Notes under the pieces: model-generated
Told to the model about the DNA's origin: nothing
Database searches by the model: none
Seen by the model: only the letters and a program-made list of their open reading frames with translations
Program-made: the position numbers and the translations under genes
Origin: Octopus vulgaris
Lineage: Eukaryota
Assembly: GCA_951406725.2 (NCBI GenBank)
Contig: OX597834.1
Coordinates: forward strand, 10,602,001-10,666,000
Direction: 5' to 3'
DNA length: 64,000 nt
Shown: piece after piece, positions 13,948 to 27,519 of the stretch
How the letters are laid out: every line of letters starts with the position of its first letter
Position numbering within the stretch: position 1 is the stretch's first letter

Positions 13948-14747
13948 TATGTACGAATGTGTGTGTGTATTCATACTGTAACACACAGACACACACATAT
14001 ATATATATATACATATATGCATATATATATGTATCTACGTATGTACATATGTATATGTATATGTATGAGCGTTTGTTCATTTGTGTTGGTGTTAAAAAAA
14101 TTCATAAATCACAATGAAGAAGGGTCTGGGTCTTTCGTCATTAATTCATAGAAAACTGATACTTTGCATTTGAACCCGTCCCAATATATTCCCCAGTGTT
14201 TGAACTTTACATAAATAATTGTATGAACCTACAAGAAATCTGACTATCAGTTGTCCTGTTAGAATCAATTATTGTAGCAAGTTATTTCTACATTAGATAT
14301 AGAATGTAAATTATGTAAAAAGAATCAAATAAAATAATAAGCTAATGTGATGGGTATTTGCTTAAGGTGTCAGATACATTCTTGAAATGAAAATGGAGTG
14401 TCATGAGTTTTTCAGAATTTGTACTTCTGAAGAAGCGGAAGAAATACAGACAGATTCTAAAGAGACCAATGTTGTTTTTGTGAGGATAAAGAAATCTCTT
14501 GGGAGGAGGACGCTGGGAATACCGACTGGTTAAAGACCAATGAAGGATGTCCTACTATGAGGATGAATCTTGATGGAAAACTAGTTAGTTTTTAGCCCCA
14601 CGTCTCAGAATGGCCGTGCTTATACTTTTGGGCCTAACGTTTTATGGCTTAACATGAAACGCCAATTTCTTAATGTGCATGTACGTACGATATATGTGAA
14701 ATTATGCAGACGTGATGTCAAATGTTCATAGGAGTGTTTGTCGAAGC

Positions 14748-14885
14748 ATATTCTGTTGTGTCTGGGGAGAGTCATTTTCTTTTTGTGCCTTATAATTTAA
14801 CATACTCACCGGTAAGATTTCCACTTATTTCTTATTTTTATTAGGCACAAAAAGAAAATGACTCTCCCCTGACACAACAGAATAT
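14748..14885. repeat. Inverted repeat, 43 bp arms (14748-14790, 14843-14885)
   Basis: atattctgttgtgtctggggagagtcattttctttttgtgcct and its reverse complement with one mismatch. Confidence 0.9.
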
Positions 14886-16170
14886 TTCTGATATTTTCTC
14901 TATACTTCTGATATTTTCAGATATAATAATATTTCTGATATTTTCTCTATATATCTGATATTTTCTGATATAATAATATTTCTCAATATTTTCTCTATAT
15001 TTCTGATATTTACTGATATAATAATATTTCTGATATAATATTTCTCTACATTTCTGATATTTACTGATGTAATAATATTTCTGATATTTTATGATATAAT
15101 ATTTCTCTATATTTCTGATATTTACTGATATAATAATATTTCTCTATATTTCTGATATTTACTGATATAATAATATTTCTCTATATTTCTGATATTTTCT
15201 GATATAATAATATTTCTCTATATTTCTGATATTTCTGATATAATAATATTTCTCTATATTTCTGATATTTCTTTTATAATAATATTTCTCTATATTTCTG
15301 ATATTTACTGATATTATAATATTTCTGATATTTTCTGATATAATAATATTTCTCTATATTTCTGATATTTACTGATATTATAATATTTCTGATATTTTCA
15401 GATATAATAATATTTCTCTATATTTCTGATATTTTCTGATATAATAATATTTCTCTATATTTCTGATATTTACTGATATTATAATATTTCTGATATTTTC
15501 AGATATAATAATATTTCTCTATATTTCTGATATTTTCTGATATAATAATATTTCTCTATATTTCTGATATTTACTGATATAATAATATTTCTGGTATTTT
15601 CTGATATAATATTTCTCTACATTTCTGATATTTACTGATGTAATAATATTTCAGATATAATATATATTTCTCTATATTTCTGATATTTTCTGATATAATA
15701 ATATTTCTCTATATTTCTGATATTTACTGATATAATAATATTTCTGATATTTTCAGATATAATAATATTTCTCTATATTTCTGATATTTACTGATATAAT
15801 AATATTTCTCTATATTTCTGATATTTACTGATATAATAATATTTCTCTATATTTCTGATATTTACTGATATAATAATATTTCTCTACATTTCTGATATTT
15901 ACTGATGTAATAATATTTCTGATATTTTATTATATATATTTCTCTATATTTCTGATATTTACTGATATAATAATATTTCTCTATATTTCTGATATTTTCT
16001 GATATAATAATATTTCTCTATATTTCTGATATTTTCTGATATAATAATATTTCTCTATATTTCTGATAATTTCTGATATAATAATATTTCTCTATATTTC
16101 TGATATTTACTGATATAATAATATTTCTGATATTTGCTGATATAATAATATTCCTGATATTTTCTCTATA
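14882..16170. repeat. AT-rich minisatellite array, units ~35 bp and longer variants
   Basis: Repeated tttctctatatttctgatattt(a/t)ctgatataataata and sub-blocks over ~1.3 kb. Confidence 0.95.
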
Positions 16171-17217
16171 CGGGCGAATATTTACATGTATAACAACCTA
16201 ATTTTTGCGAATTCTGCAAAATATTTTTACTTTCGATACATTCTGTACGGAAGCTCGATGAAAATCATTTAATTGATGTATTCATCGAACAGCTCACTAA
16301 CTCCCTCTCAACCCCCAAACCTCACATCTCTCACACGTCTGCATTTGTACAGATAAAACGTATCAAATACTCAGTTGTTGTTTGCTTCTACAGATAAAAT
16401 GCATCTAATGTTCTCCTCTTGTTACAAGCTCTACACATTTCTAAAGATCTCAAATGAAGAGAAACAGCACGTCATCTATAAATGGAGTTGCATTTGCAAA
16501 AATGAAATTTGCATTTTCATTTTGCATTTTTCCTTTAGAAGTTAGGTCACTTCGTTTATAATTGTGTTTCGCCACGATTTCAGTAGAACTGTTAATAAAT
16601 TAGAAAAATCAGTGAAATTTGATAAAGAGGAATATTTACGAATCATGTCTTGGTTATAGAATGCTTTACTTTTTCGCTTCCGGAGGTTATACTCAGATCA
16701 GCCATCATGGAGTAGGTCACATTGATCTAAGACCTTAAAAGGTCAACGATAGTGTTTTCTTTTCTATTTCGATATCAATTTCAGGAGCATCTAATGTAGC
16801 TTGCACATTTTTTTCAGATGAAATTATATGATGTGTGGGAGATGATTTGCTCGAAGTTTCTATGCCAATTGACCACATAGAAAGATCCCTAGTTCGCTTG
16901 ATATGATTTGGGCTTAATGGACATTAAATCTGTCCTTGAACACGTGACTTAACTTCTTCTACAATAGCAGACTACAGTTTACGGTAGCTTGTCTGAAACA
17001 TCCTGTGTCGTCTGTCACTCATATAACAGTCAGGTAATCGCCACGTGAGAGGATGAATCATGGGTAGCATTTTTTAATTATGGTCAATACCATGAGATTG
17101 GGTCGCATGTCTTCGACTGAAGATGAGGTTAAGGCACAAATGATGTAAACAAAATAAAAGAAACGGAATATATAAAGCGCCCATTATTGTGCGTCTCGCG
17201 AACGAAATATTTACTCG

Positions 17218-17224
17218 GTTGTTG

Positions 17225-17255
<31 letters not shown>

Positions 17256-17454
17256 AATTAGTAGTAGTAGTAGTAGTAGTAGTTGTAGTAGGTGTTGTTG
17301 TTGTTGTTGTTGTAGTTGTAGTAGTAGTAGTTGTTGTTGTTGATGTAGCAGTAGTAGAAGTAGTGGTGGTAGTAGTAGTAGTAGTTGTAGTAGTAGCAGT
17401 AGTAGTAGTAGTAGTAGCAGCAGTAGTAGTAGTAGCAGAAGTAGTAGTGGTAGT

Positions 17455-17491
<37 letters not shown>

Positions 17492-17640
17492 ATAGTAGTA
17501 GTAGTAGTAGTGACTATGGTGACGCTCATGACTATGGTGTTGATAAGGTCGACGACGTCGAAAATCACGACAGCGAGGATGACAACGATGCGATGATGAC
17601 GATGTTGGTGACGATGATGATGATGATGATGATGACGGTG
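17218..17640. repeat. Mosaic trinucleotide repeat (GTA/GTT/GCA/GAT)n
   Basis: Direct reading; explains the poly-Thr and poly-Val ORFs. Confidence 0.9.
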
Positions 17641-17807
17641 ATTTCTAAAATACTTTAAGACATTAACATATACAATTATGAATGGAAACAACAGGATACC
17701 ATAGAAGATACAGAGGAAGAGAGGTGGGGGAAGATGGGCTGACAGACAGTCAGACAGAGTAAGAATCAACAAGATAGATCAGACGAAAAGAAATGCTGTG
17801 AGAGATT

Positions 17808-18192
17808 CTGGAAGCACTCCGTCGGTTACGACGAAGAGGGTTCCGGTTGATCCGAATCAACGGAACAGCCTGCTCGTGAAATTAACGTGTAAGTGGCTGA
17901 GCACTCCACAGACACGTGTACCCTTAACGTAGTTCTCGGGGATATTCAGCGTGACACAGAGAGTGACAAGGCCGGCCCTTTGAAATACCGGTGCAACAGA
18001 AACAGGAAGTAAGAGTGAGAGAAAGTTGTGGTGAAAGAGTACAGCAGGGATCACCAGCATCCCCTGCCGGAGCCTCGTGGAGCTTTAAGTGTTTTAGCTC
18101 AATAAACACTCACAACGCCCGGTCTGGGAATCGAAACCGCGATCCTACGACCCCGAGTCCGCTGCCCTAACCACTGGGCCATTGCGCCTCCA
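17808..18192 (-). mobile_element. SINE family B, full length (tail T1)
   Basis: 12 bp TSD ctgtgagagatt at 17796-17807 and 18193-18204. Confidence 0.95.
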
Positions 18193-18330
18193 CTGTGAGA
18201 GATTATGACTGAAACGTAAGTGTGATTTGAGATAATGGAGAATAACACAACGGAATACCCATATCTTAGAATAACACAATGGACCACCGCCCATATCTTA
18301 GAGCTTAAGATGCTGGGTGTTCTTTTATGG

Positions 18331-18845
18331 TAAATAAATAAATTCGACCTTTTAAAGCCTAGCCAAGCTCATGGGACCCGTTTCCCGGTTTCTATGGCGT
18401 ATGTGTTCCCTAGCTGGACGGAACGCCTGTCCATCGCAGCGTTAATCCTTTTTGCCAGCTGAGTGAACTGAAGCAACGTGAAATGAAGTGTTTAGCTCAA
18501 GAATACAACGCGTCGCGCGGTCCAGAAATCGAAACCACAACCCTACGATCATGGTGCTGGTATCCTAAAAACTAAGCCACGGGCCTCCACAAATAAATGC
18601 GCCCTTTTAAAGCCTTGCCAGGCTCATGGGCCCGGTTTCCCGGTTTCTATAGCGAATGTGTTCCCCAGCTGGACGGGACGCCGGTCCATCGCAGCGTTAC
18701 TCATTTTTACCAGCCGACTCGCCTGGAGCAACGTGAAATGAAGTGTTTTGCTCAAGAACACAACACGTCGCCCGGTCCAGGAATCGAAGCCACAACCGTA
18801 CGATCATGGTGCTGACACCCTAAGCACTAATCCACGCGCCTCCAC
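18331..18845 (-). mobile_element. SINE family D head-to-tail dimer (tail T3)
   Basis: Two full units (18331-18590, 18591-18845) inside one TSD gtgttcttttat (18317-18328, 18846-18857); minus strand carries gcgatggac.ggcgt.ccgtccag, reminiscent of the V-SINE domain. Confidence 0.9.
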
Positions 18846-19454
18846 GTGTTCTTTTATAGCTAAATAAAATATAGAAAGACAGCAAGCATTAATGTTTTAC
18901 AGATTTTCAGATAGTAGTGGAAGAAATATACGATCTTGATATTCTCAGACTGGACATCATGATTAAAAGCCTACATTACTGTGCTTCCAATAAAGAGAGT
19001 TTTCTGTGAAATGCGTTATCTTTAACCGATTTTTGTCGAAGTTCAGTATTAATAAGACCGGTTCGTGATGCTACAAAAAAGACTTCAATGTAATCTTCTT
19101 AATTTCCATATATTCTCATTCAACGCTCCCTGAGCAATTCCAGATAATGTTTAAAGTATGTAAGATACCATTCGATGAAAACGAAGGCGGGATAATATTT
19201 TCGTGAAACAAACATAATAAGAAGTCCATACCAGCAATCACAAAAATTCTTGCCTTCTCTCACACGCACACTCTTTCTTTCTCTCTCTGCCTTTCTGTCT
19301 TACTCTCATTATCTTCGTCACAATCACTCACTCTCTCTCTCTCACTTTATTTCACAACACACATATGCATATATACAGTATAGAAGTCACTGAGATCACA
19401 ACACTCCCTTCAACTGGACGCCGTTCCATTGCAGGATTCAAGGCTAATAGATCT

Positions 19455-19637
19455 TAGAGGGGTCAAGTCTTTTATATCTGTACAAATATATGAGTGGCAC
19501 TTTACTTTATCGAACACGGAATGTATGGAAAACAAAGTTGATCTCAAGGGTATTTGAAATCAGGGTGTGAAAAGCTAAAACAGCTGCCTTTAAGCGTCAT
19601 GTCTGAGAACTTAATAAATGTGCCAGATCCCCGACTT
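19455..19637 (-). mobile_element. Very old family C-like SINE remnant
   Basis: tttatcgaacacggaatgtatggaaaacaaagttgatctcaagggtatttgaaatcag is a diverged C core. Confidence 0.5.
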
Positions 19638-19822
19638 CTCTGCACATTCGGGGTTTGATATATAATAAGTCTGAGTGGAGCCATACATCCATTAGCTCGT
19701 AGTAGTCAACATATTATTCATATTACCTGACCCTTGGTCTGTTACGTACCACTAGTCAGACTACTTTGATGTTGGATGCTACAGCTGAGTTGAGAAATTA
19801 TATTCGGTTACATGTTGAACGT

Positions 19823-20235
19823 CCTATAGAAAATAGTCGAAAAGATCAAAATTAATCGTAGCCCTGTTGCAAAACATAACACGAAGCAATAGCAAGATTT
19901 CATCAGTAGACGTCAACATAGATCAGAACCTAAAGGAGCAGGGATATTAACCCTGCAAAAGATACATTGTTATCCAATCGCACATACGATGGTTTGAAGG
20001 ATGCAAGGATTAGATCTTCCTATAGAACTTCCTATAGAAAATAGCCTAAAAGATCAAAATTAATCGTAACTCTGTTGCGAAACATAACACGAAGCAATAG
20101 CAAGGTTTCATCAGTAGACGTCAACGAAGATTAGAACCTTGAGGAGCAGGGATATTAACCCAGCAACAGATACATTGTTATCCGCTAACTCCAATCGCAC
20201 ATACGATGGTTTGAATGATGCAAGCATTGGATTTA
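19823..20235. repeat. Tandem duplication, unit ~208 bp
   Basis: cctatagaaaatag...aaagatcaaaattaatcgta...ccaatcgcacatacgatggtttgaa begins at 19823 and 20031. Confidence 0.9.
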
Positions 20236-21096
20236 TATATTCCGTCTTTAATCCTACAACAAGAATTTTAAAAAATATTTCAGATTTCACGTTATTTTAC
20301 ATTACTGGAAATATATATCAAATTTGTCTACTATTTCTAGCGATCAATACACCATGTAGAAACTTCCATTCTAAGTGTGGGAACTGTAATGTTTGCGGAA
20401 GAAAACTTTCAAAACTATTCTTTAAGTGTTACATTTTCCTAACCCCTACTATTTATATATATTTACTTAATTTTATTAGTTATATTTCTTACCTTAACCT
20501 TTTGTAAAATTCTGTTTATTTTTGCGGCTATGTTGTCTTTACGGTTAGAAAAGCAGGCATCCGTTTCTCTCGGCCTTTCATATATAAATTCATAAATGAC
20601 ATCTTAATTTCGTTATATATATATTTATTTAAATATTCACAACTACGTATAATCAAATTTGTATATATTTGTATATATTACGGCTAGATATTCAATAAAT
20701 TCACTAATGGAGTTAAATATGAATATTTGAGGCAATACAAAGATTCGAATCACACACATCCACACACACACACACACATACACAAGCTCACACACATTTT
20801 TGTATGTATGAATTCTTATGATTATTTCTATGAATTTTATTTCAATTTTCTATTGTTAGTTTTTATTTTGTAAACAGCGACGAATTTGTATAATTGTTGC
20901 TCATTTTTTTTTTCAGAATAGTTGCATCGATGTAAACAGCGAGTGTGTCTAAATGACTCTAATAGGGTAACAGATGAAATAGACTTGTTTAATAATAGAA
21001 TATGTTCTATTGTAGGTCATCAGAAATGAACCGTTTGTAACGTGCATTGATGCATGCTGTCACTCTCAGCTTATAATATTGATCTCCCTCATGTTC

Positions 21097-21107
21097 CCTC
21101 TCTCTCT

Positions 21108-21172
<65 letters not shown>

Positions 21173-21233
21173 ATATATAAATATATTTTGTATATATATA
21201 TATATATATATATAATGTATGTATATATATGTA

Positions 21234-21299
<66 letters not shown>

Positions 21300-21465
21300 T
21301 GTATATATATATGTATATATATATATATTTATACATGTTGTATGCGTTTCTGTGTGTATATGCAGATGTGTGTAGTGAAATAAAGTGAGAGAGAGCGAGA
21401 CGAAGATAATGAGATTGAGACAGAAAGGCAGATAGAGAAATAGAGAGTGAGAGAGAGAGAGAGAG

Positions 21466-21510
<45 letters not shown>
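21097..21510. repeat. (TA)n, (GA)n and (GT)n microsatellite field
   Basis: Direct reading. Confidence 0.9.
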
Positions 21511-21996
21511 AGGCAAGAATTGTTGTGATTGCTAGTATGGACTAACTATTTTTGCTTCACAAAAATTTTACCACGCGTTCGTTTTCCTCGAATGGTATCT
21601 TACATCATTTAAACATTTTCTGGAATCGTTCAGGGATCGTTGAATGAGAATATATGGAAATTAAGAAAAAAATACATTGAAGTGCTTTTTTGTAGTATCA
21701 CGAACGCTGATGCTTAAAATAATAGTGTAAAAGTGTTAAAACATATATCATATTAAATGTAGCTACCTCTGACTTCCGTACTTTCCGAAGACAGCTGAAG
21801 TGTTCATTCGCCTCTGTAACTTACTTATAATGTAAAGTATGGAACATTCGCACTAATTTCAAGATGCGTGTACCATTCATCATTGTAGACAGGGAAGTTA
21901 GATAGGATATTAAAATGTAAATATTCATTCTCTTGTCAATAGCTTTTCATCGATTGCCAATCTAATATACATCACACACACACATATATATACAAT

Positions 21997-22028
<32 letters not shown>

Positions 22029-22778
22029 CGCACACATTCATCCTGGCTGAATTATACTCTTATGTCCTTTGAGAATTTTGCTGCCAACAGTAATTCTTTC
22101 TTTGTGTGGTGAATATCATTTAAATACGTCTACAGCTTATCTGCAAAAGTATTTGTTTAACATTTATTTTTCTTTCTCATCCCTTCAAACTCTAACATGG
22201 CCTTTTTCAACTGGACTGACAAACGATTCACTACGAAGATTTAAACCTTCGCAGACAAGCTCTAGTTTGGGATATTCTCGTCCATACCTTAATTCTCTTT
22301 CCACTATTCTAGTTGAACTATTTCTTGGTGTTAGGTATATGGCATATAGTGTAGTCATCATTTTAATGGGATCATCTACAGCAAAACTTTACTAAAATTT
22401 TGTAACTCTAGTGTCTATAAATGTAGGACATAGTAAACTTCTTTATTTTATTATCCAACAATACTGCCAGCCACTCTTTCATATCTTTCTGCGACTGTTT
22501 AGTTTTTCACAGATCCGCTTGAGCTTTCATGTACAAAAGAAGTTTCTAAAAGAAATATCTAACGTTCAAACGTATTCCACGTGATACTAAGAATTTCACT
22601 GGTGATATGATATCATTTAACAAAGTTTGGCCCCGCATAACATTGGAGTTGTACAGCACATTCAGATTCTGTATTCCACCACCCCGAGAATATTTTCAAA
22701 TTGCCCCATTCAGGATACTAGAACTATGATGTTATAAGCTTTTCTGATTTAAGATGCACTTTGTCGGTTTATCACAAA

Positions 22779-23178
22779 CTAGCAGTATCACCCAGCGTTG
22801 CTCGGGTTTGTAAGGAAATAACTATATAAGCATTTTTAGAGAGTTATAGCCAAAAAATAGGGAAAAATGCATCAAAAATGGAAAAAAAAATGATGGTAAT
22901 TTTTTTTTAAATCGTTGACTCATCGTAGACATTTTTTGAGAGTTACTGCCCTTATATAACAGCGAAAAACATGCATTAAAATGGAAAATAATGAAGGTAA
23001 TTTTTTTTTTAAATCGTAGACTCATCGTAGACGCGCGCTGATACCCAGAAGGGCTCGATATGAATCACGACTATAAGATACCCGGTTTTGGTTAAACTGC
23101 ACCGCAAAATGTGGGAGTAGTTAGGAATCTAAATCGTAGGAGACAGGCACCACACAACTTGACTTTTATATATAAAGA
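22779..23178 (-). mobile_element. Non-autonomous Helitron (H1)
   Basis: Minus strand begins TC(tttatatataaaag), ends with a cccgagcaacgctggg hairpin then CTAG, inserted between A and T with no TSD; near-identical copies at 58191 and 60410. Confidence 0.88.
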
Positions 23179-23754
23179 TGCACGTAAGCTAGACTGACAT
23201 ACTTAACATTTCTTGCGATAAGAAAACTTTTTGTTCAAACATAGTGTAGCAGAATCAGGCATAATGAATATTCTCATGATATATGATAACGACAAAAATA
23301 TTTCACAATATTCTGACTGCAATCCACAAAAATATTCACAAAATGTATGGGCATTCAACAGTTGAAACGTAAGAAGGAAAATACGTTGAAACACATGGAA
23401 TATTGAGATAATCCACAAAGTGGAAGAAAGTGAGAAAAATCAGCGATATTAACTATGTCGATAATCGTCCACACACATCTTTGTCGGTAGGAAATCTGGC
23501 AAAAGGAAACTTGGTTGCCCTCTCGTCCCCAAAACACCCAATAACATTAAATCTCTTTAACACACGGACACGAGACTCTAAGTGAAAATAACACTAAGGG
23601 GAATAACACAACGAGCCGATATTAACCGCGTGGGTGCTGCTAATCTAAAGATGTATACCTGAGGATGAAGAAAATTTATATTTTCGTATCTAACTTCGCA
23701 CATTCCCAAAGTTTGGTCTACGATCTTGAATCAAGAGATATATTCTAAACAGTA

Positions 23755-23916
23755 GGCGCAGGAGTGGCTGTGTGGTAAGTAGCTTGATTACCAACCACTT
23801 GGTTCCGGGTTCAGTCCCACTGCGTGGCACCTTGGGCAAGTATCTTCTGCTATAGCCCCGGGCCGAGCAATGCCTTGTGAGTGGATTTGGTTGACGGAAA
23901 CTGAAAGAAGCCCGTC

Positions 23917-23973
<57 letters not shown>

Positions 23974-24200
23974 TGTGTGTGTTTGTGTGGCTGTGTTTGT
24001 CCCTCTAGCATTGCTTGACAACCGATGCTGTGTGTTTATGTCCCCGTCACCTTTCGGTTCGGCAAAAAGAGACCGATAGAATAAGTACTGGGCTTACAAA
24101 GAATAAGTCCCGGGATCGATTTGCTCGACTAAAGGCGGTGCTCCTTCATCGCCGCAGTCAAATGACTGAAACAAGTAAAATAGTAAAAGAGTAAAGAGTA
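23755..24200 (+). mobile_element. SINE family A
   Basis: Full-length match to the family A pattern with a long internal (TA)n and an agtaaaag-type tail. Confidence 0.93.
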
Positions 24201-24728
24201 CTTCAGTCTTAAAATACTTTGTTTGCTCCTCACAAAATATACTCTCCATTCCATTTATCGCTCTCATTCGAACATAGGCAATAACAATGGCAACGTCTTC
24301 TGATTTTGATCGTACTCCTAAATACGTATGTAGTACTTGTACACGACTATCCGCATATTACTTAGTCATGTCAGCACTAATTGAGTTTTACTCTGACCCA
24401 AACGAACTCAACCTTGTTAGCACAGTATTCTATTAATGATATTAGTGAAATGTTTCTCACCATAGAGTAGACCATTTACCCAGCCATTACCTTAGTCTTT
24501 CTCCACATGAAAATAATACGTAAAATTAAATATGCGTAAAATATATCAGATTGTCATGTTCACAGCGTTTATATTCACAGCGCTCATGTTCAGTGTTTAA
24601 CCGTATATTAACGCTCATGGATATATACCGGGATGGATTAAAACATTTCATCAAAGACATACCAACTATTTTTGCTTTCAATACAATATCTATATAAGGA
24701 TCATATGAAATAGAGCCACTCGATTTCT

Positions 24729-25172
24729 GGATCTTTTCAGTTTGAACGGCAGTTTTTTCTAGCGGTGTCATATGAAATTGTCATCCATAATTATGACCCT
24801 AGAATCGATCTATTGCATTTCAATCTCTTTTAGGGTTAGGGTTAGTTAAGGTTAGTTAGGGCTAGGGTTAGGGTTAGGGGTGGGGGAAGGGTATTTTTTT
24901 TTCACAAATGTAAATAAACCCAATTTGTTTCTGAAACGAGGGACATATTCATACGACCCTGAATGCTTTTTAACTCAATAGACGTCACTGATTGGTTGAA
25001 ATTGCAGACATTGAAGAAAAAAACAACAAATATCTTACAAACAATAGAATTTTCTCAATAAAGCCAAGAGAAAAAGATGTTTTATAAACACATTCTACCA
25101 GTATACGAAGTTTAAAATTTTTTAGTTACCTAGAAATTATGTTAAAAACTGCCGTTCAAACCGAAAAGATCC
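24729..25172. mobile_element. MITE with 28 bp terminal inverted repeats (TIRs) and 8 bp TSD (Merlin-like), containing TTAGGG repeats
   Basis: TIRs ggatcttttcagtttgaacggcagtttt / aaaactgccgttcaaaccgaaaagatcc; TSD cgatttct at 24721-24728 and 25173-25180; GG termini plus 8 bp TSD fit Merlin, hAT not excluded. Confidence 0.88.
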
Positions 25173-26721
25173 CGATTTCTTAGTATACTTGTGTTATTTG
25201 GTCTCAGGGACGTTATGCTATCATTTCTATTAAGTAGGGAAACTGTATTGAAACTCACACTTTTGATTGGCTCATACGTTTTGTGAATTATGTTCCTTAG
25301 GCAAAAATAAAGTGTTCTTGCAATGATGAAGTACGCTCGGCTGAATCTCCGGTTGGTTGACTGGTACCCTACTGACTCGGCCATTTGTAACTTTCGCCAT
25401 TCTTAATATTAGTGTAATTTATTCTAGTGTTGTAAATTTGAACGTGACAGGAAACATGAAAAATAAAATAAACATTGCAAAGAATATCAAATCAATCATA
25501 CATGAAAACTTAATTAGTTTGTCTGTCTAACAATAGAACGTAGCAGTTCGATTTTCAATTAAATCTCTTCTGTCAATGAACAGTAGTTAAACTGTCAGAA
25601 GTTAAGATTCTGTCTGTGTGGCTGCCTATTGTTAATGGAAATTTGTTTTCCAATGCTTTAATAGCTTTAATAGACTAGAAATTGTGATTGAAGAATGAAA
25701 TATAGAAATATAGAAAGATATATAGAAACGGAAGAAGAGAATGGGAGAAAGAAAGAGAATAATGTTTAAGCCATTAGATAAGTAAGTAGTAAATCAATTC
25801 ATGATTAAATTATCGAGTCAAGAAATTTTGGTAACCGGAATACCTACAAATGATATTAAATTAGATCTGATCCAATTTAGAGAAAATAAGATTATCTTCA
25901 ATTTTTATATGGATGAATAAGACCTACTTTCGTAATTTGTCTTTTCTATTCTTTTGTGGTTTATTTTAATTCCTCGCTTTTTTATCCCCTGTTTCTTAAA
26001 GGTTTTTTCTTTTTTTTATAGTACTAAATGTATTGTTCGAATTTCTTTTAAGTTATTTTTTTAAAATTTCGTTTCCATTAGTTTATATATTATTATTTTA
26101 AAAACTGCCTGGCAATTTACTCCATTCGTTATATTATGTATACTTATAGCATTAAAAATGCAATTAAAAACAAAAGCAAAACACCCAAGAGTGTAAACAA
26201 TAAATAAAAATAATTCTATGAATATAAATAAACGGAAAACAAAAGAATCCAAGAGTATGAATAAACAAAAAGCAAAAACAAAACAAAAACAAGTACAAAT
26301 GCGTTCACATAATTATTTAAGTAATAATACAGAGTAAAATCTGAACGCTTACTAATTTATTAATTAGAACGTGCTTTAGCCTGTGTCACGTGTAGTGCCC
26401 TCAGGCAGAAAGATAACATTTATATATTGAAATCGGGACAAATATGTGTGAATAAGATGTGACTTCCCTCGTAACTAAGTAAACCAAAACAGTTATTATT
26501 CATAGTTCAGACTTTCCAGTCACTAAATTATCTTATAGAATTAGAATTTATAAAAGAAAACAAAATGAAAGTTGTGATAGAATGTTTTCTCCTATTAATG
26601 TTATGATTAAAAATGGAAAATAATTATTTAATTTTAAAGTACCAACGTAAAATAAAACTGAGTATAACTTTCTTATTAACAGTAAGTAAGTACTTAGTTT
26701 TTGTATTTGGTTTGCAAAATA

Positions 26722-27146
26722 GGCGTAGGAGTGGCTGTGTGGTAAGTAGCTTGTTTACCAACCACATTGTTCCGGGTTCAGTCCCAATGCGTGGCACCTT
26801 GGGCAAGTGTCTTCTACTATAGCCTCGGGCCGACCAAACCCTTGTGACTGGATTTGGTAGACGGAAACTGAAAGAAGCCCGTCGTATATATGTATATATG
26901 TATATATATATATATGCGTGTGTGTGTTTGTGTGTCTGTGTTTGTCCCCCTAGCATTGCTTGACGACCGATGCTGGTGTGTTTATGTCCCCGTTACTTAG
27001 CGGTTCGGCCAAAGAGACCGATAGAATAAGTACTGGGCTTACAAAAGAATAAGTCCTGGGGTCGAGTTGCTTGATTAAAGGCGGTGCTCCAACACGGCTG
27101 CGGTCAGATGACTGAAACAAGTAAAAGAGTAAAAGAGTAAAGAGTA
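26722..27146 (+). mobile_element. SINE family A
   Basis: Full-length match to family A. Confidence 0.93.
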
Positions 27147-27519
27147 TTTAATTTTACGAAGGTTATACCGAACATAAAATAAAACTGAGTATAACTTTCT
27201 TATCAACAGTAAATAAGTACTTAGTTTTTGTATTTGGTTTGCAAAATACTCGATGGGAATTCGAGTTCAAACAAATCTTATTACAATTTGGGAGGGTTGT
27301 TATGCCAATTATGATAAACACATGCACTTATTCAGTTTCACTTCTTTATTGTTAGTCTGTTTGTTAGTTACCAAATCAAACACAATACTTAATAAATTTT
27401 AGCTTAACCAGTACCTCTGTTCCTTCTATTGTATTTTAACTTAAAGCATTAGCATTCAATTTTCTTAATGTGTTTCTCTGCTTCGCATCTATAATGCATT
27501 AGGAAATCATGGAACCATC

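Noticed and set aside
17074-17772. 232 aa poly-Thr/His mucin-like ORF and the opposite-strand poly-Val ORF
   Set aside because: Explained by a mosaic trinucleotide repeat; no ATG start, splice signals or domain recognised
22040-22770. Possible decayed transposase on the minus strand (WLAVLLD...)
   Set aside because: Multiple stops and only one vague motif; cannot be supported without a search
24830-24890. True telomere or chromosome-fusion site
   Set aside because: Short, degenerate, single orientation, and enclosed by TIRs and a TSD
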